Source of the DNA: Candidatus Azambacteria bacterium
Lineage (GTDB): Bacteria > Patescibacteriota > Minisyncoccia > UBA10092
Length of the DNA stretch: 48,708 nt
Direction: 5' to 3'
NCBI GenBank assembly: GCA_030646675.1
Contig: JAUSKX010000025.1
Coordinates: 1 to 48,708, forward strand
Shown: in pieces, positions 1-8,390 of the stretch
Position numbering within the stretch: position 1 is the stretch's first letter
Layout of the letters: every line of letters starts with the position of its first letter
Translations under genes and position numbers: made by a program
Notes under the pieces: generated by a model
The model's input: only the letters and a program-made list of their open reading frames with translations
Told to the model about the DNA's origin: nothing
Databases searched by the model: none

Positions 1-297
1 CCGGCCGAGGCCTTCTGGCCGAGGCCGAAGGTGGATTCGGCTATTATAAAAATCATTCCGAACCTGCCTGCGCGGACAGGAAAAGCAGCATTTTTTAAGG
101 TCGTAAAAGCCGGATTTTCCCAGCCGAGAAAACAGCTAGCCAGTAATTTGGCAAAAAAATTGGAACTTACCAAAGAAAAAATTCTATCGGCATTCAAAAA
201 ATTAGGCATCCCGGAACTTTCCCGAGCAGAAAATTTGAGTATAGAACAGTGGGTTTCTTTATCAATTTCTCTACACCTTCCCGCTCAGAGAAAATAA
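1..297 (+). CDS. rsmA: 16S rRNA dimethyladenosine transferase RsmA/KsgA, C-terminal fragment (5' end lies outside the window)
   Basis: Frame 1 is open from base 1. The translation PAEAFWPRPKVDSAIIKI...FFKVVKAGFSQPRKQL...SRAENLSIEQW matches the FxPxPKVDS segment and C-terminal helical domain of KsgA. The ORF-track start at 31 is only an in-frame GTG. Confidence 0.8.
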   Translation, partial: PAEAFWPRPKVDSAIIKIIPNLPARTGKAAFFKVVKAGFSQPRKQLASNLAKKLELTKEKILSAFKKLGIPELSRAENLSIEQWVSLSISLHLPAQRK

Positions 298-305
298 CAG
301 ATTGC

Positions 306-446
306 TTTTCCGAAGCTTATGAAAGCATTTTAGCTTGGTTTCAAATTGCATGTTATCAGCCGATCGGAAATAAACATGCAATTTGAATAAAATGCTTTCA
401 TCGGACAGCGAAGCCCCGCGCTGGCGGGGCGAGCGCGCGAGGAAAG
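306..446 (+). repeat. 141-nt structured repeat, copy A: a long imperfect hairpin plus a GC hairpin, beginning 8 nt after the rsmA stop
   Basis: Near-identical to the reverse complement of 28467-28606. The arms ccgaagcttatgaaagcattttagcttggtttcaaattgcatgtt and aacatgcaatttgaataaaatgctttcatcgg pair with each other. They are followed by the hairpin GCCCCGC-GCTG-GCGGGGC. Confidence 0.85.
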
Positions 447-524
447 GCAATCTGTTATTTTGTCTCGCCCCCCTACTTATCCACAATTTACCCCACAAAA
501 CTTGTCCCGATATCGGGTTTTTTA

Positions 525-533
525 TGGTATAAT
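525..533 (+). promoter_or_regulatory. Candidate extended -10 promoter (TGgTATAAT) for the 546-11026 array
   Basis: TGGTATAAT lies 12 nt upstream of ATG 546, with AGGTGA (535-540) as a possible SD. The 12-bp palindrome CCCGATATCGGG (506-517) and a perfect DnaA box TTATCCACA (477-485) lie just upstream. Confidence 0.4.
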
Positions 534-545
534 TCAGGTGAAAAA

Positions 546-1328
546 ATGGCTTTAAAAAAATACCTGCCAATCGCGTTTACGATATCGGCCGGAGTCGCCT
601 TCGGGGTGTTTTTGTTTGCTCCCGTTTCCCAGACTCTTTACATAAAAAATAGTAATTCCTATCTCGCTTCCGCGGAGAATCAAATTGGCGACCTTTCAAA
701 TACTATTATTCCGCCTATCAATATCCCCAAAAATATTACTGAAAATTTCGCCGCTTCATTGACGCAAGAATTGATCTCTAAAAATTCTAACCCGCGAACC
801 GACTCATCCGGTCAGCCAGCGCTCGCCATGCCGGATATAAATACCATGGCGGAAGACTTTATCAAAAACGGCCTTTCCCAAGCTAATGAAAATATTTTAA
901 ATATTAAAACGCCGAATCTTAAGATTTCTTACGACAACAGTAAAACGGCAATTAAAAATTACTTTTCTGATTTTCAAACAATAATTAATAATAATCTAAA
1001 AACTGACGCTTCGCTTTTTTCCATTTTGGATGAAATAAATAAAAATAACGGTACGGGACTGGAAAAGCTTTTACCGATAATAGCGGCCCACGAAACGGCG
1101 GCCAATCAACTCGAAGAAAAGCCGGTCCCGTCAAACTTAAAAGATTTAATATCCGAAGAAATTAGACTATTAAGAATAACCGCCAATGTTTTTCGAGCAC
1201 TAACCAATATTGAGGGCGACCCATTGGGCGGTATGGCGGCTACCCGGCAATTCGGCGCCATAATGCAAAGTTGGAATGACTTGCAAATAAAAATGAACGC
1301 ATTTCTTAAAAAATTTAACCAGACATAA
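546..1328 (+). CDS. Hypothetical N-terminally membrane-anchored protein, first gene of the T4SS-like array
   Basis: 260-aa ORF with one N-terminal TM segment (LPIAFTISAGVAFGVFLFAPV) followed by a hydrophilic, helix-rich, Asn-rich domain. Its stop overlaps the next start (TAATG). I recognise no family. Confidence 0.6.
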   Translation: MALKKYLPIAFTISAGVAFGVFLFAPVSQTLYIKNSNSYLASAENQIGDLSNTIIPPINIPKNITENFAASLTQELISKNSNPRTDSSGQPALAMPDINTMAEDFIKNGLSQANENILNIKTPNLKISYDNSKTAIKNYFSDFQTIINNNLKTDASLFSILDEINKNNGTGLEKLLPIIAAHETAANQLEEKPVPSNLKDLISEEIRLLRITANVFRALTNIEGDPLGGMAATRQFGAIMQSWNDLQIKMNAFLKKFNQT

Positions 1329-2833
1329 TGATAAAATGTTTCGGTAAAAAATCGGCCATTATAGTCGCTATAACTCTGATACTTATTTTGGCCATGCCGA
1401 AACCGGCGCTTGCGCAATTGGCTACTGCCGAAGTCAATCCACTGGTATGGCTTTTCAATATTTTCTCGTCTTCTACCGGTAATGTTACCGCTGGAGCCAC
1501 CACTGCGCAGGTTGGGGAGACGCTTTTCGAATGGGCAGCTAAAATAGCCGTGCAAGCTTTAAAAAAACAATTACTCGACATGATAGTTGACCAGATTGTC
1601 AGTTGGATTCAGGGCGGCGGCGACCCTAAATTCATAACCGATTGGCCCGGATTTTTTAGAGACGCGGTTGACCAAGCCGGCGGAAAATTTATACAAAAAA
1701 TCGGATTGAGTCAGTTATGTTCGCCTTTCAAGCCTCTTTTGGGCGCAGGATTCATTCCAATTCCCACATTCACAGACCGCACTTCTTGTACCTTAAGTAA
1801 AATCGGAGTTAACATTGATGCTTTTCTCAAGGACTTCGAACAGGGAGGTTGGATAGCTTGGAGAGAAATGGTTTTGAAACCGCAAAATAACATCTACGGA
1901 GCGTACGCCTTGGCTTGGGACCAGTATGAAATCGAAAAATCTGCGGCGGCAAAATCCGCCGCCGCCGAAGCGCAAGCGGGTAAAGGATTTTTATCGGTAA
2001 AAAAATGCATAGAGTGGAGCGCTGAAGGACTCCAAGCCTGTATGGACCAGGGCGGAACAAGTTGGGAAGATTGCCAAAAGGTTGCCTGCATTAAAGAAAA
2101 AGATGTGACTCCCGGTTCCGTAGTCGGTGACATGGCGTCTAAAGCAGTTGGCGCGGACATTGATTTTATTGTCAATGCCGACGATTTGGCGGCCTATGTG
2201 GGAGCGATTACTAATGCCGTATTAAATAGAATGTTCGCCGAAGGTCTTAGCGGAATAAAAACATCTCTTTTCAGCGAAGGCTCAAGCGGGGGCGGTGGAG
2301 GAGCCGCCACTGCGCAAGCGCAATGCGCCCAGCTTTTGGGCACGGCAGCCTACAATGATTGTATAAGCGCCGTACAAATCGGTAAAGATATGCGAGAATT
2401 TCAAAAAGACACATTACTTTCTATGATAGACGAAGAACTGAAATATAGAAGCCAACTTTTGGGCGCCAAGCAAGCCACTTTAGCTATTTTAAACCAATCC
2501 ATCGGCGTTTTAACAGAGCTTGGAAATTGTCAGCACTATACCCCCCCATCAGAATTCCCGGAATTAGTTAAAATTCAGGGCGTCGCGTCAACCACTGTGG
2601 ACCAAGTTATCAAGACTCAATCCGATATTGTCGCCCTTCAGGTTAAACAGCAGGAGGTGAAAGCGGTGACAGATTTAACGCAAATCCCGGCCCTTTTTGC
2701 CAATATCTCTACCAATGTTAAACCGGCTCAGACTTACAGTTTAGTTTTAGCCGCCCAAGACGAAACCGTTCAAAAACAACAAGAATTGTCTAATTATCAA
2801 CAACAGTTAAATACCTGCCAAACAACGAATTAA
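1328..2833 (+). CDS. Secreted Cys-rich protein with a coiled-coil-like C-terminus, function unknown
   Basis: 501 aa. It has a signal peptide ending PALAQ. By my count there are 10 Cys in the mature part, plus a Gly/Ala linker (SSGGGGGAATAQAQ) and a Gln-rich heptad-like tail. It is translationally coupled on both sides. Confidence 0.65.
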   Translation: MIKCFGKKSAIIVAITLILILAMPKPALAQLATAEVNPLVWLFNIFSSSTGNVTAGATTAQVGETLFEWAAKIAVQALKKQLLDMIVDQIVSWIQGGGDPKFITDWPGFFRDAVDQAGGKFIQKIGLSQLCSPFKPLLGAGFIPIPTFTDRTSCTLSKIGVNIDAFLKDFEQGGWIAWREMVLKPQNNIYGAYALAWDQYEIEKSAAAKSAAAEAQAGKGFLSVKKCIEWSAEGLQACMDQGGTSWEDCQKVACIKEKDVTPGSVVGDMASKAVGADIDFIVNADDLAAYVGAITNAVLNRMFAEGLSGIKTSLFSEGSSGGGGGAATAQAQCAQLLGTAAYNDCISAVQIGKDMREFQKDTLLSMIDEELKYRSQLLGAKQATLAILNQSIGVLTELGNCQHYTPPSEFPELVKIQGVASTTVDQVIKTQSDIVALQVKQQEVKAVTDLTQIPALFANISTNVKPAQTYSLVLAAQDETVQKQQELSNYQQQLNTCQTTN

Positions 2834-2835
2834 TA

Positions 2836-4398
2836 ATGAGCTTTTTTATAAAAAATAAAAAATATTTCTATTCGCTCTTGTTGGTGGCGGTTGTTTTTAG
2901 TTTTGCGCTTTTACCGCCGCTGGCGGCTTTGGCGGAAGCCAATATTAAAGCTCCGGACGACTCTTCCAAAGCCGACGGCGGCGGCATAGTGTCGTGGCTC
3001 ACCGGAAAATCCATTCTCTTTGTTTCAAGCACCATCAGCTGGCTTTTCGGCGCTTTATTCGGAGTAATTCTTTATATAGAAGCGCAAATTATTGACTATG
3101 TTCTTTCGCCGGTTAATTTTCCTTTCGTCGGCGCCAATATAGTTAAAGTCGGCTGGGGCATTACGCGCGATTTGGCGAATATGTTTTTCATTTTGATTCT
3201 TCTGGTCATCGCTTTCGCCACTGTTTTGAAAATTGACTCCTATGCCATAAAACAACTTTGGTTTAAAACGCTCGTTGCCGCGCTCTTGATAAACTTCAGC
3301 CTGGTTATTGCCGGCTTGGTAATTGATTTCACTCAAGTTTTAACGACATTTTTCCTGAAGCAAGCGGTCGGCGGAAGCGGATTCGGAACAATCACTACCC
3401 GCCTGGCCTCCAGTATGCAAATTCTTAATTTCTATAATCCGGCGGCGCCCGGAAGTATTACCGGGGGCATAGCTCAATTTGGCGAAAGCGCCATAGCGGC
3501 GGTAATTGGAATAATATTGTCATTAGTAGGCCTCGTTATTACGGTCTTTGTTTTCGGCGCCACCGCCATATTTCTGGTTGTCAGAATTATCTGGATTTGG
3601 TTTTTGCTGATTGTCGCGCCCTTCGCCTGGATGCTTTGGATTTTGCCGGCGACCAGCGGCTATTTCAAACAATGGTGGGATAAGTTTATAAGCTGGACTT
3701 TTTTCGCCCCCGCTTACGCTTTTATGATTTATCTTTCGCTTTCCATTTTTGACGCTAATGGCAGATTCATGGCCGGCAATCTTCCCGCTAATTCAAGTGC
3801 AACTTGGGGAGTCGCGGTTCCGGGCATGTTAACAACCATCGCCATGCCGGCTGCTATCTTTCAATGGATTTTGGTTATCGCGCTGATGTTCGGCTCGCTG
3901 ATTGTGGCGAAATCAATTGGAGTTTTGCCGGGTAAATTAATCGACGCAGTAACCGGAGCAACAAAAGGCGCGGCAAGAGCAACGGCGCTTTCTGGTGTAA
4001 AAACATATGGTCACATAGCAACCGCTATTAGCAATATTGGAGCCAGCCGTCCGCCGGGTTTCGTGAGAACGATAACCGCCCCAATAAGAGGTATTGCTAC
4101 CGCCACGGGAATAAAAAGATTGGGTGCTTTGGCCACTGGCGCTAAAGGCGGCGTATACACGGCTCCTCTAAAATCCACTCCCAACAACCCATTAAAAGCC
4201 ATCACAAATGGCGCCGTAAAAGGTTCTGGCTTATGGAAAAATGATATTAAAGATTGGCAATGCGCATACGACCCAGCAATACAGGTTAGGTCAAAGAAAA
4301 AGCCAACATACGCATGCCCACAGGCACGAACAGTGCCTGGAAATCATCCCCAAACCGTTCCCCCAGGTGGCAATGATGTCGCCTGGATAGAAGTTTAA
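2836..4398 (+). CDS. Polytopic membrane protein, TrbL/VirB6-like
   Basis: 520 aa with an N-terminal signal/TM and then roughly 7-8 hydrophobic spans, followed by a Gly/Ala/Thr-rich tail ending in a 2-Cys segment. The architecture and the position upstream of VirB3/VirB4-like genes fit VirB6/TrbL. No sequence search was done. Confidence 0.55.
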   Translation: MSFFIKNKKYFYSLLLVAVVFSFALLPPLAALAEANIKAPDDSSKADGGGIVSWLTGKSILFVSSTISWLFGALFGVILYIEAQIIDYVLSPVNFPFVGANIVKVGWGITRDLANMFFILILLVIAFATVLKIDSYAIKQLWFKTLVAALLINFSLVIAGLVIDFTQVLTTFFLKQAVGGSGFGTITTRLASSMQILNFYNPAAPGSITGGIAQFGESAIAAVIGIILSLVGLVITVFVFGATAIFLVVRIIWIWFLLIVAPFAWMLWILPATSGYFKQWWDKFISWTFFAPAYAFMIYLSLSIFDANGRFMAGNLPANSSATWGVAVPGMLTTIAMPAAIFQWILVIALMFGSLIVAKSIGVLPGKLIDAVTGATKGAARATALSGVKTYGHIATAISNIGASRPPGFVRTITAPIRGIATATGIKRLGALATGAKGGVYTAPLKSTPNNPLKAITNGAVKGSGLWKNDIKDWQCAYDPAIQVRSKKKPTYACPQARTVPGNHPQTVPPGGNDVAWIEV

Positions 4399-4420
4399 TT
4401 TTAATTTGTAAAATCTAAAA

Positions 4421-5125
4421 ATGATATCTTTTAAAGACTTAACTGAGCAAAAAATATCGGAAAAATATAACGGCCTTTCACAAGGTCTTAAGGATGCCTT
4501 GTCGTCCGCAAATACTTCAGTTGTTATAGAAAATATTGCCGCAAAATATCAGCTGGACAAAGAAAAAACCGAAATGCTTGTTCAACTTGTCGGGTTGGTA
4601 ATTCTTGGATTCGCAGGCCTTGAAGATATGAAAAAAGAAATGAAAGAAACGATAGAGATTGATTCTAAAATTATTCCGTTAATTACAGATGAAATCCGTC
4701 AAAAAATATTTGCGCCGCTTATGAATTTTTTACCGAAAGTGCCGGTGCCTGCGGTGAGCAAAGTCGAACCGCCGACAGTTGCCACCGACCGATATCGCGA
4801 ACCCGCGGCGGGAAGTCCGGGAGTTGTTGATTTGAGAAACCAACCCAAGCCAGCGCCCGTTCCAGTAAAACCCTCTGTAGTTATCCCCCCCAGGCCGATT
4901 GCCCCGCCCGTGGTGAGTAAAATCGAACCACCGGCTCCTATTTTGCCTAAACCCATCCAGCGACCACCGTTGATAGAAGCTGAACCACATAAAGCTCCTA
5001 TTTCTATTCCCGTGCCCGCGCCGTTATCAAGAATGCCCCAAGTTATATTGAGGTCGCCCGGACTGCCGCCAACCGATTTGCCGCGCGATATTTTGGATTT
5101 AAGAAAAGATAAAGGAGAATTTTAA
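4421..5125 (+). CDS. Proline-rich single-TM protein
   Basis: 234 aa with one hydrophobic segment (LVQLVGLVILGFAGL). The C-terminal half is about one third Pro and carries a duplicated VSK(V/I)EPP motif (nt 4753-4773 and 4912-4932). The composition recalls TonB/VirB10 linkers, but only the composition. Confidence 0.55.
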   Translation: MISFKDLTEQKISEKYNGLSQGLKDALSSANTSVVIENIAAKYQLDKEKTEMLVQLVGLVILGFAGLEDMKKEMKETIEIDSKIIPLITDEIRQKIFAPLMNFLPKVPVPAVSKVEPPTVATDRYREPAAGSPGVVDLRNQPKPAPVPVKPSVVIPPRPIAPPVVSKIEPPAPILPKPIQRPPLIEAEPHKAPISIPVPAPLSRMPQVILRSPGLPPTDLPRDILDLRKDKGEF

Positions 5126-5553
5126 TGCAATATCAAGTGCCACAATTCGTTGATTTGGAAGACAGAATCATCGGGCCGCTTACGCTCAAGCAATTTTTAT
5201 ATTTGGCTTTTGCCGGAGCTTTTATTTTCGTTTTTTGGTTTTTATTAAACTTTTATGTGTGGCTCATTATTTCAATCCCTATCGCGGCGGCGGCGGCGGC
5301 TTTCGCTTTTTTAAAAATTAACGACCGGCCGTTTGTTTATTTTTTTCTTTCTTTCGTAAGATATTTTTCCAAGCCGAAACTTTACATTTTTTCCTCGAAA
5401 CCACCAGAATTGCCGTCCGTTGAGACGAGGGAACGAAGTCCGCTTCAACAAAATTCAACTTCGGCACCGGGACGGCTAACTCCCTCAAAATTAAAAGAAT
5501 TGGCGTTAAATTTAGACATCGGCTTCGACCGCTTAAATAACGAAACCCAATAA
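5125..5553 (+). CDS. PrgI/VirB3-like small two-TM protein
   Basis: The N-terminus MQYQVPQFVDLEDRIIGPLTLKQFLYLAFAG followed by two TM helices is the signature layout of PrgI-family (VirB3-like) proteins of Gram-positive-type T4SS. Its start overlaps the previous stop (TAATG). Confidence 0.6.
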   Translation: MQYQVPQFVDLEDRIIGPLTLKQFLYLAFAGAFIFVFWFLLNFYVWLIISIPIAAAAAAFAFLKINDRPFVYFFLSFVRYFSKPKLYIFSSKPPELPSVETRERSPLQQNSTSAPGRLTPSKLKELALNLDIGFDRLNNETQ

Positions 5554-5554
5554 A

Positions 5555-6211
5555 ATGCCCGAAGAACAAAAAATAATAAAAGGCCCGGCAACGCAGGACT
5601 TTGTGGATATAGAAAAAATAAAAGACGACATTGTTATTCTCAAGGACGGAGGACTTCGCGCGGTTTTGATGTGCGGTTCAAGAAATTTGGAACTTGAATC
5701 AATCGACAGCCAAAACGCCATCATCAGTGTTTATGCCGATTTTCTTAATTCCTTTGACTGGCCGCTTCAAATTGTCGTTCATTCAAGAAAATTGGATATT
5801 AATCCGTATTTGGCGTCGCTTGAGGAAAAATTAAAAGTTCAAGATAATGAACTTTTGAAAATTCAAACCGCCGAATATATTGCCTTTGTGAGAAGTTTCG
5901 TAACTCTTTCCGACATCATGATTAAAAGATTTTATACCGTCATTCCGTTTGACCCCATTGAGTCCAAGGGGGGTGAGCCGCTTGAAAAAATCGGTTCTCT
6001 CATTAAAATCGGCAAACAAAAAACTTCCGAGCTTTCCGAGGAAAAATTCCAGGAATATAAAAATCAATTATTACAACGAACCGAGCATATTATTTTATCC
6101 TTGGCGCATGTCGGCATCAAGGCGGCAATGTTGAGAACGGAAGAATTGATAGAATTGTATTATAATCTTTATAACCCCGAAGAATATGAACCCCATGCCA
6201 TTCAACAATAA
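5555..6211 (+). CDS. VirB4/ConE N-terminal-domain-like protein (separate ORF)
   Basis: 218 aa, soluble. The segment DIVILKDGGLRAVLMCGSRNLELES...FLNSFDWPLQIVVHSRKLD resembles the N-terminal region of Gram-positive VirB4 homologues. It overlaps the ATPase ORF by 26 nt in a +1 frame, and 218+585 aa is close to full-length VirB4. Confidence 0.45.
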   Translation: MPEEQKIIKGPATQDFVDIEKIKDDIVILKDGGLRAVLMCGSRNLELESIDSQNAIISVYADFLNSFDWPLQIVVHSRKLDINPYLASLEEKLKVQDNELLKIQTAEYIAFVRSFVTLSDIMIKRFYTVIPFDPIESKGGEPLEKIGSLIKIGKQKTSELSEEKFQEYKNQLLQRTEHIILSLAHVGIKAAMLRTEELIELYYNLYNPEEYEPHAIQQ

Positions 6212-7943
6212 TCAAGAAAACATCCGCAACGCCGCTTCCGCCCTGCGCGATATTTTGGCGCCGGCGGCCTTGGAAATCGCGCCCGGATTTTTGCGACTGA
6301 ATAAAAAACTGGCGCGCGTTTTCTTTGTTTTCAATTATCCGAGATTTTTGAACACCAACTGGTTTTCCGAAGTTATTAATTTGGATAAGACATTGGATAT
6401 AAGCTTCTACATTCATCCGATTGATACCGGTTCGGCGCTGAAGAATTTGAGAAAAAAAGTCGCCGAAGTTGAATCGGAACTGGCCATGCGCGATGAAAAA
6501 GGACTGGTTCGCGACCCGATGCTTGAAACCGCGTATCAGGACTTGGAAGATTTAAGGGACAAACTCCAGCAGGCGAGAGAAAAGTTTTTCAAATTCGGCC
6601 TCTATATAACAATATATGGAAATTCCCTTGAGGATTTGGATAAAATAGAAACATCATTGCGCTCTATTTTGGACGCGAAATTGGTGTATAGCAAAGCGGC
6701 GATATACCAGCAGGACAGCGGATTTGAATCCACATTGCCGCTGGCAACCGACAAGCTTGCTATAAACACGGCGATGAATTCAAGCCCCATAGCCGCCACT
6801 TTTCCCTTTGTTTCTTCAGATTTAACTTCCGACAGCGGTATTTTATACGGAATAAATCGGCATAATAATTCATTGATTCTTTTCGACAGATTTTCTCTTG
6901 AAAATGCCAACACCGTAATCTTCGGCAAATCCGGCGGCGGCAAATCCTACGCCGCGAAACTGGAAATTCTGCGCTCCTTGATGTTCGGGACCGATGTAGT
7001 AATCATCGACCCGGAAAATGAATATCAATATCTGACGGAAACTATCGGCGGCGCTTTCATAAAAATATCACTCACTTCCGAAAATCATCTGAATCCTTTT
7101 GACCTGCCTCCGGCCCAAGAAGGCGAGAACCCTGCCGATATTTTAAGAGCTAATATTATAAACTTAGTCGGCCTGTTGCGGTTGATGTTCGGCGGCTTGA
7201 CGCCGGAAGAAGACGCCATCATTGACAGCGCCGTAACTCAGACTTATGCCAGTCGCGATACCACCCCGACTATGTCCGATTTAAAAGTAGTTTTAGACAG
7301 TATGGCCGGAGCCGAATCGTTAAGCCTCCGTTTGGAAAAATACGTCACGGGTTCTTATGCCGGCTTTTTAAACAATCCCACCAATGTTGAAATTAAAAAC
7401 AAATTGGTCGACTTTAGCATAAGAGACATGGAGGAAGAATTAAGACCGGTGGCAATGTTTATAATTTTGCATTTCATTTGGAATCTGGTCCGTTCGGAAT
7501 TGAAAAAGAGAATTTTAATGGTTGACGAGGCGTGGTGGCTGATGAAAAACGACGACGGCGCCTCCTTTTTGTTCGGCATCGCCAAACGGGCGAGAAAATA
7601 TTTCCTGGGTGTGACAACCATCACGCAAGATGTAAATGATTTTTTGAATTCGTCTTACGGTAAGCCGATTTTGACCAATTCGTCGCTTCAATTTTTATTC
7701 AAACAATCGCCAACCAATATAGAAACCGTTCAAAAAACATTTAATCTGACTGATGAGGAAAAATTCCTGCTTCTTGAATCTGATGTCGGCGAGGGGCTGT
7801 TTTTTGCCGGTTCAAAACATGTGGCCATTAAAGTTATCGCGTCATACACGGAGGACCAAATTATCACTTCCGACCCGGCCCAGCTTTTACAAATTGAACA
7901 GGCAAAAAAAGAATTGGAAAAGGCGGAAGCCATGATTCCATGA
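6186..7943 (+). CDS. VirB4-type T4SS ATPase
   Basis: Walker A is VIFGKSGGGKSYAAK and Walker B is RILMVDEAWWL. The N-terminal block YPRFLNTNWFSEVI...LDISFYIHP and the FLGVTTITQD motif are typical of VirB4/TraE/PrgJ-like ATPases. Confidence 0.85.
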   Translation: MNPMPFNNNQENIRNAASALRDILAPAALEIAPGFLRLNKKLARVFFVFNYPRFLNTNWFSEVINLDKTLDISFYIHPIDTGSALKNLRKKVAEVESELAMRDEKGLVRDPMLETAYQDLEDLRDKLQQAREKFFKFGLYITIYGNSLEDLDKIETSLRSILDAKLVYSKAAIYQQDSGFESTLPLATDKLAINTAMNSSPIAATFPFVSSDLTSDSGILYGINRHNNSLILFDRFSLENANTVIFGKSGGGKSYAAKLEILRSLMFGTDVVIIDPENEYQYLTETIGGAFIKISLTSENHLNPFDLPPAQEGENPADILRANIINLVGLLRLMFGGLTPEEDAIIDSAVTQTYASRDTTPTMSDLKVVLDSMAGAESLSLRLEKYVTGSYAGFLNNPTNVEIKNKLVDFSIRDMEEELRPVAMFIILHFIWNLVRSELKKRILMVDEAWWLMKNDDGASFLFGIAKRARKYFLGVTTITQDVNDFLNSSYGKPILTNSSLQFLFKQSPTNIETVQKTFNLTDEEKFLLLESDVGEGLFFAGSKHVAIKVIASYTEDQIITSDPAQLLQIEQAKKELEKAEAMIP

Positions 7944-7955
7944 TAAAATAAACAT

Positions 7956-8390
7956 ATGCCAATAGCTGAAACGTTTAAAAACAAAATAACCGAAAAGTCC
8001 AAAAAAACCGAAAATGCCGAAGGGGCTTCTATTGACTCAATGGAATGGCTGATACTTTTTTTGGCCGCCGGTTATATTGATGTTCTTTTTATTCTTATAA
8101 CAATTATTGGTTTTATACCCTTCGTCGGCCAAGTGACCTATGTCATTTTGAATCCAATTTTAAACATGATAGCCACTGGTATTTTTTGGTTTTATTTGCA
8201 GAATAAGGGCCTCGGCGGCTATTGGTGGTTAGCCTTCGGCGGAGGATTGGCGGGATTAGTTCCTGTCGTCAATTGGTTCAGTTGGATAGTGTCGGTATTC
8301 GTTCTTTACGGCTTGGTAAAGGCAGAAAAAATCCCACTGGCCGGCGAAGCTATAAAAAAAGCCGCTGAAACGGCGTCAAAAATAAAATGA
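7956..8390 (+). CDS. Small 4-TM membrane protein, unknown function
   Basis: 144 aa with four hydrophobic spans and a basic, helical C-terminal tail. It has an ATGA overlap with the next gene. Confidence 0.55.
   Translation: MPIAETFKNKITEKSKKTENAEGASIDSMEWLILFLAAGYIDVLFILITIIGFIPFVGQVTYVILNPILNMIATGIFWFYLQNKGLGGYWWLAFGGGLAGLVPVVNWFSWIVSVFVLYGLVKAEKIPLAGEAIKKAAETASKIK

Noticed and set aside
506-523. CCCGATATCGGG followed by TTTTTT could be an intrinsic terminator after the hairpin repeat.
   Set aside because: The stem is only 5 bp with a 2-nt loop, too weak and too tight for a terminator. Its position overlaps the promoter spacer of the downstream array, so an operator-type palindrome is more plausible. 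It is left unannotated except as a note.
271-570. A 99-aa minus-strand ORF here and the 64-aa ORF at 28531-28725 both contain MQFETKLKCFHKLRK, which suggests a duplicated small protein.
   Set aside because: The shared peptide is only the translation of the duplicated hairpin element. The ORFs differ outside the repeat, run through palindromic sequence, and the second overlaps rpsT. I treat them as a non-coding repeat.
1106-2175. Several minus-strand ORFs of 60-149 aa lie antisense to the first genes of the T4SS-like array.
   Set aside because: They are fully embedded antisense to ORFs that have clear signal peptides, TM helices and translational coupling. Their composition is odd (Arg/Ser/Pro-rich) and they have no start context. 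They are spurious.
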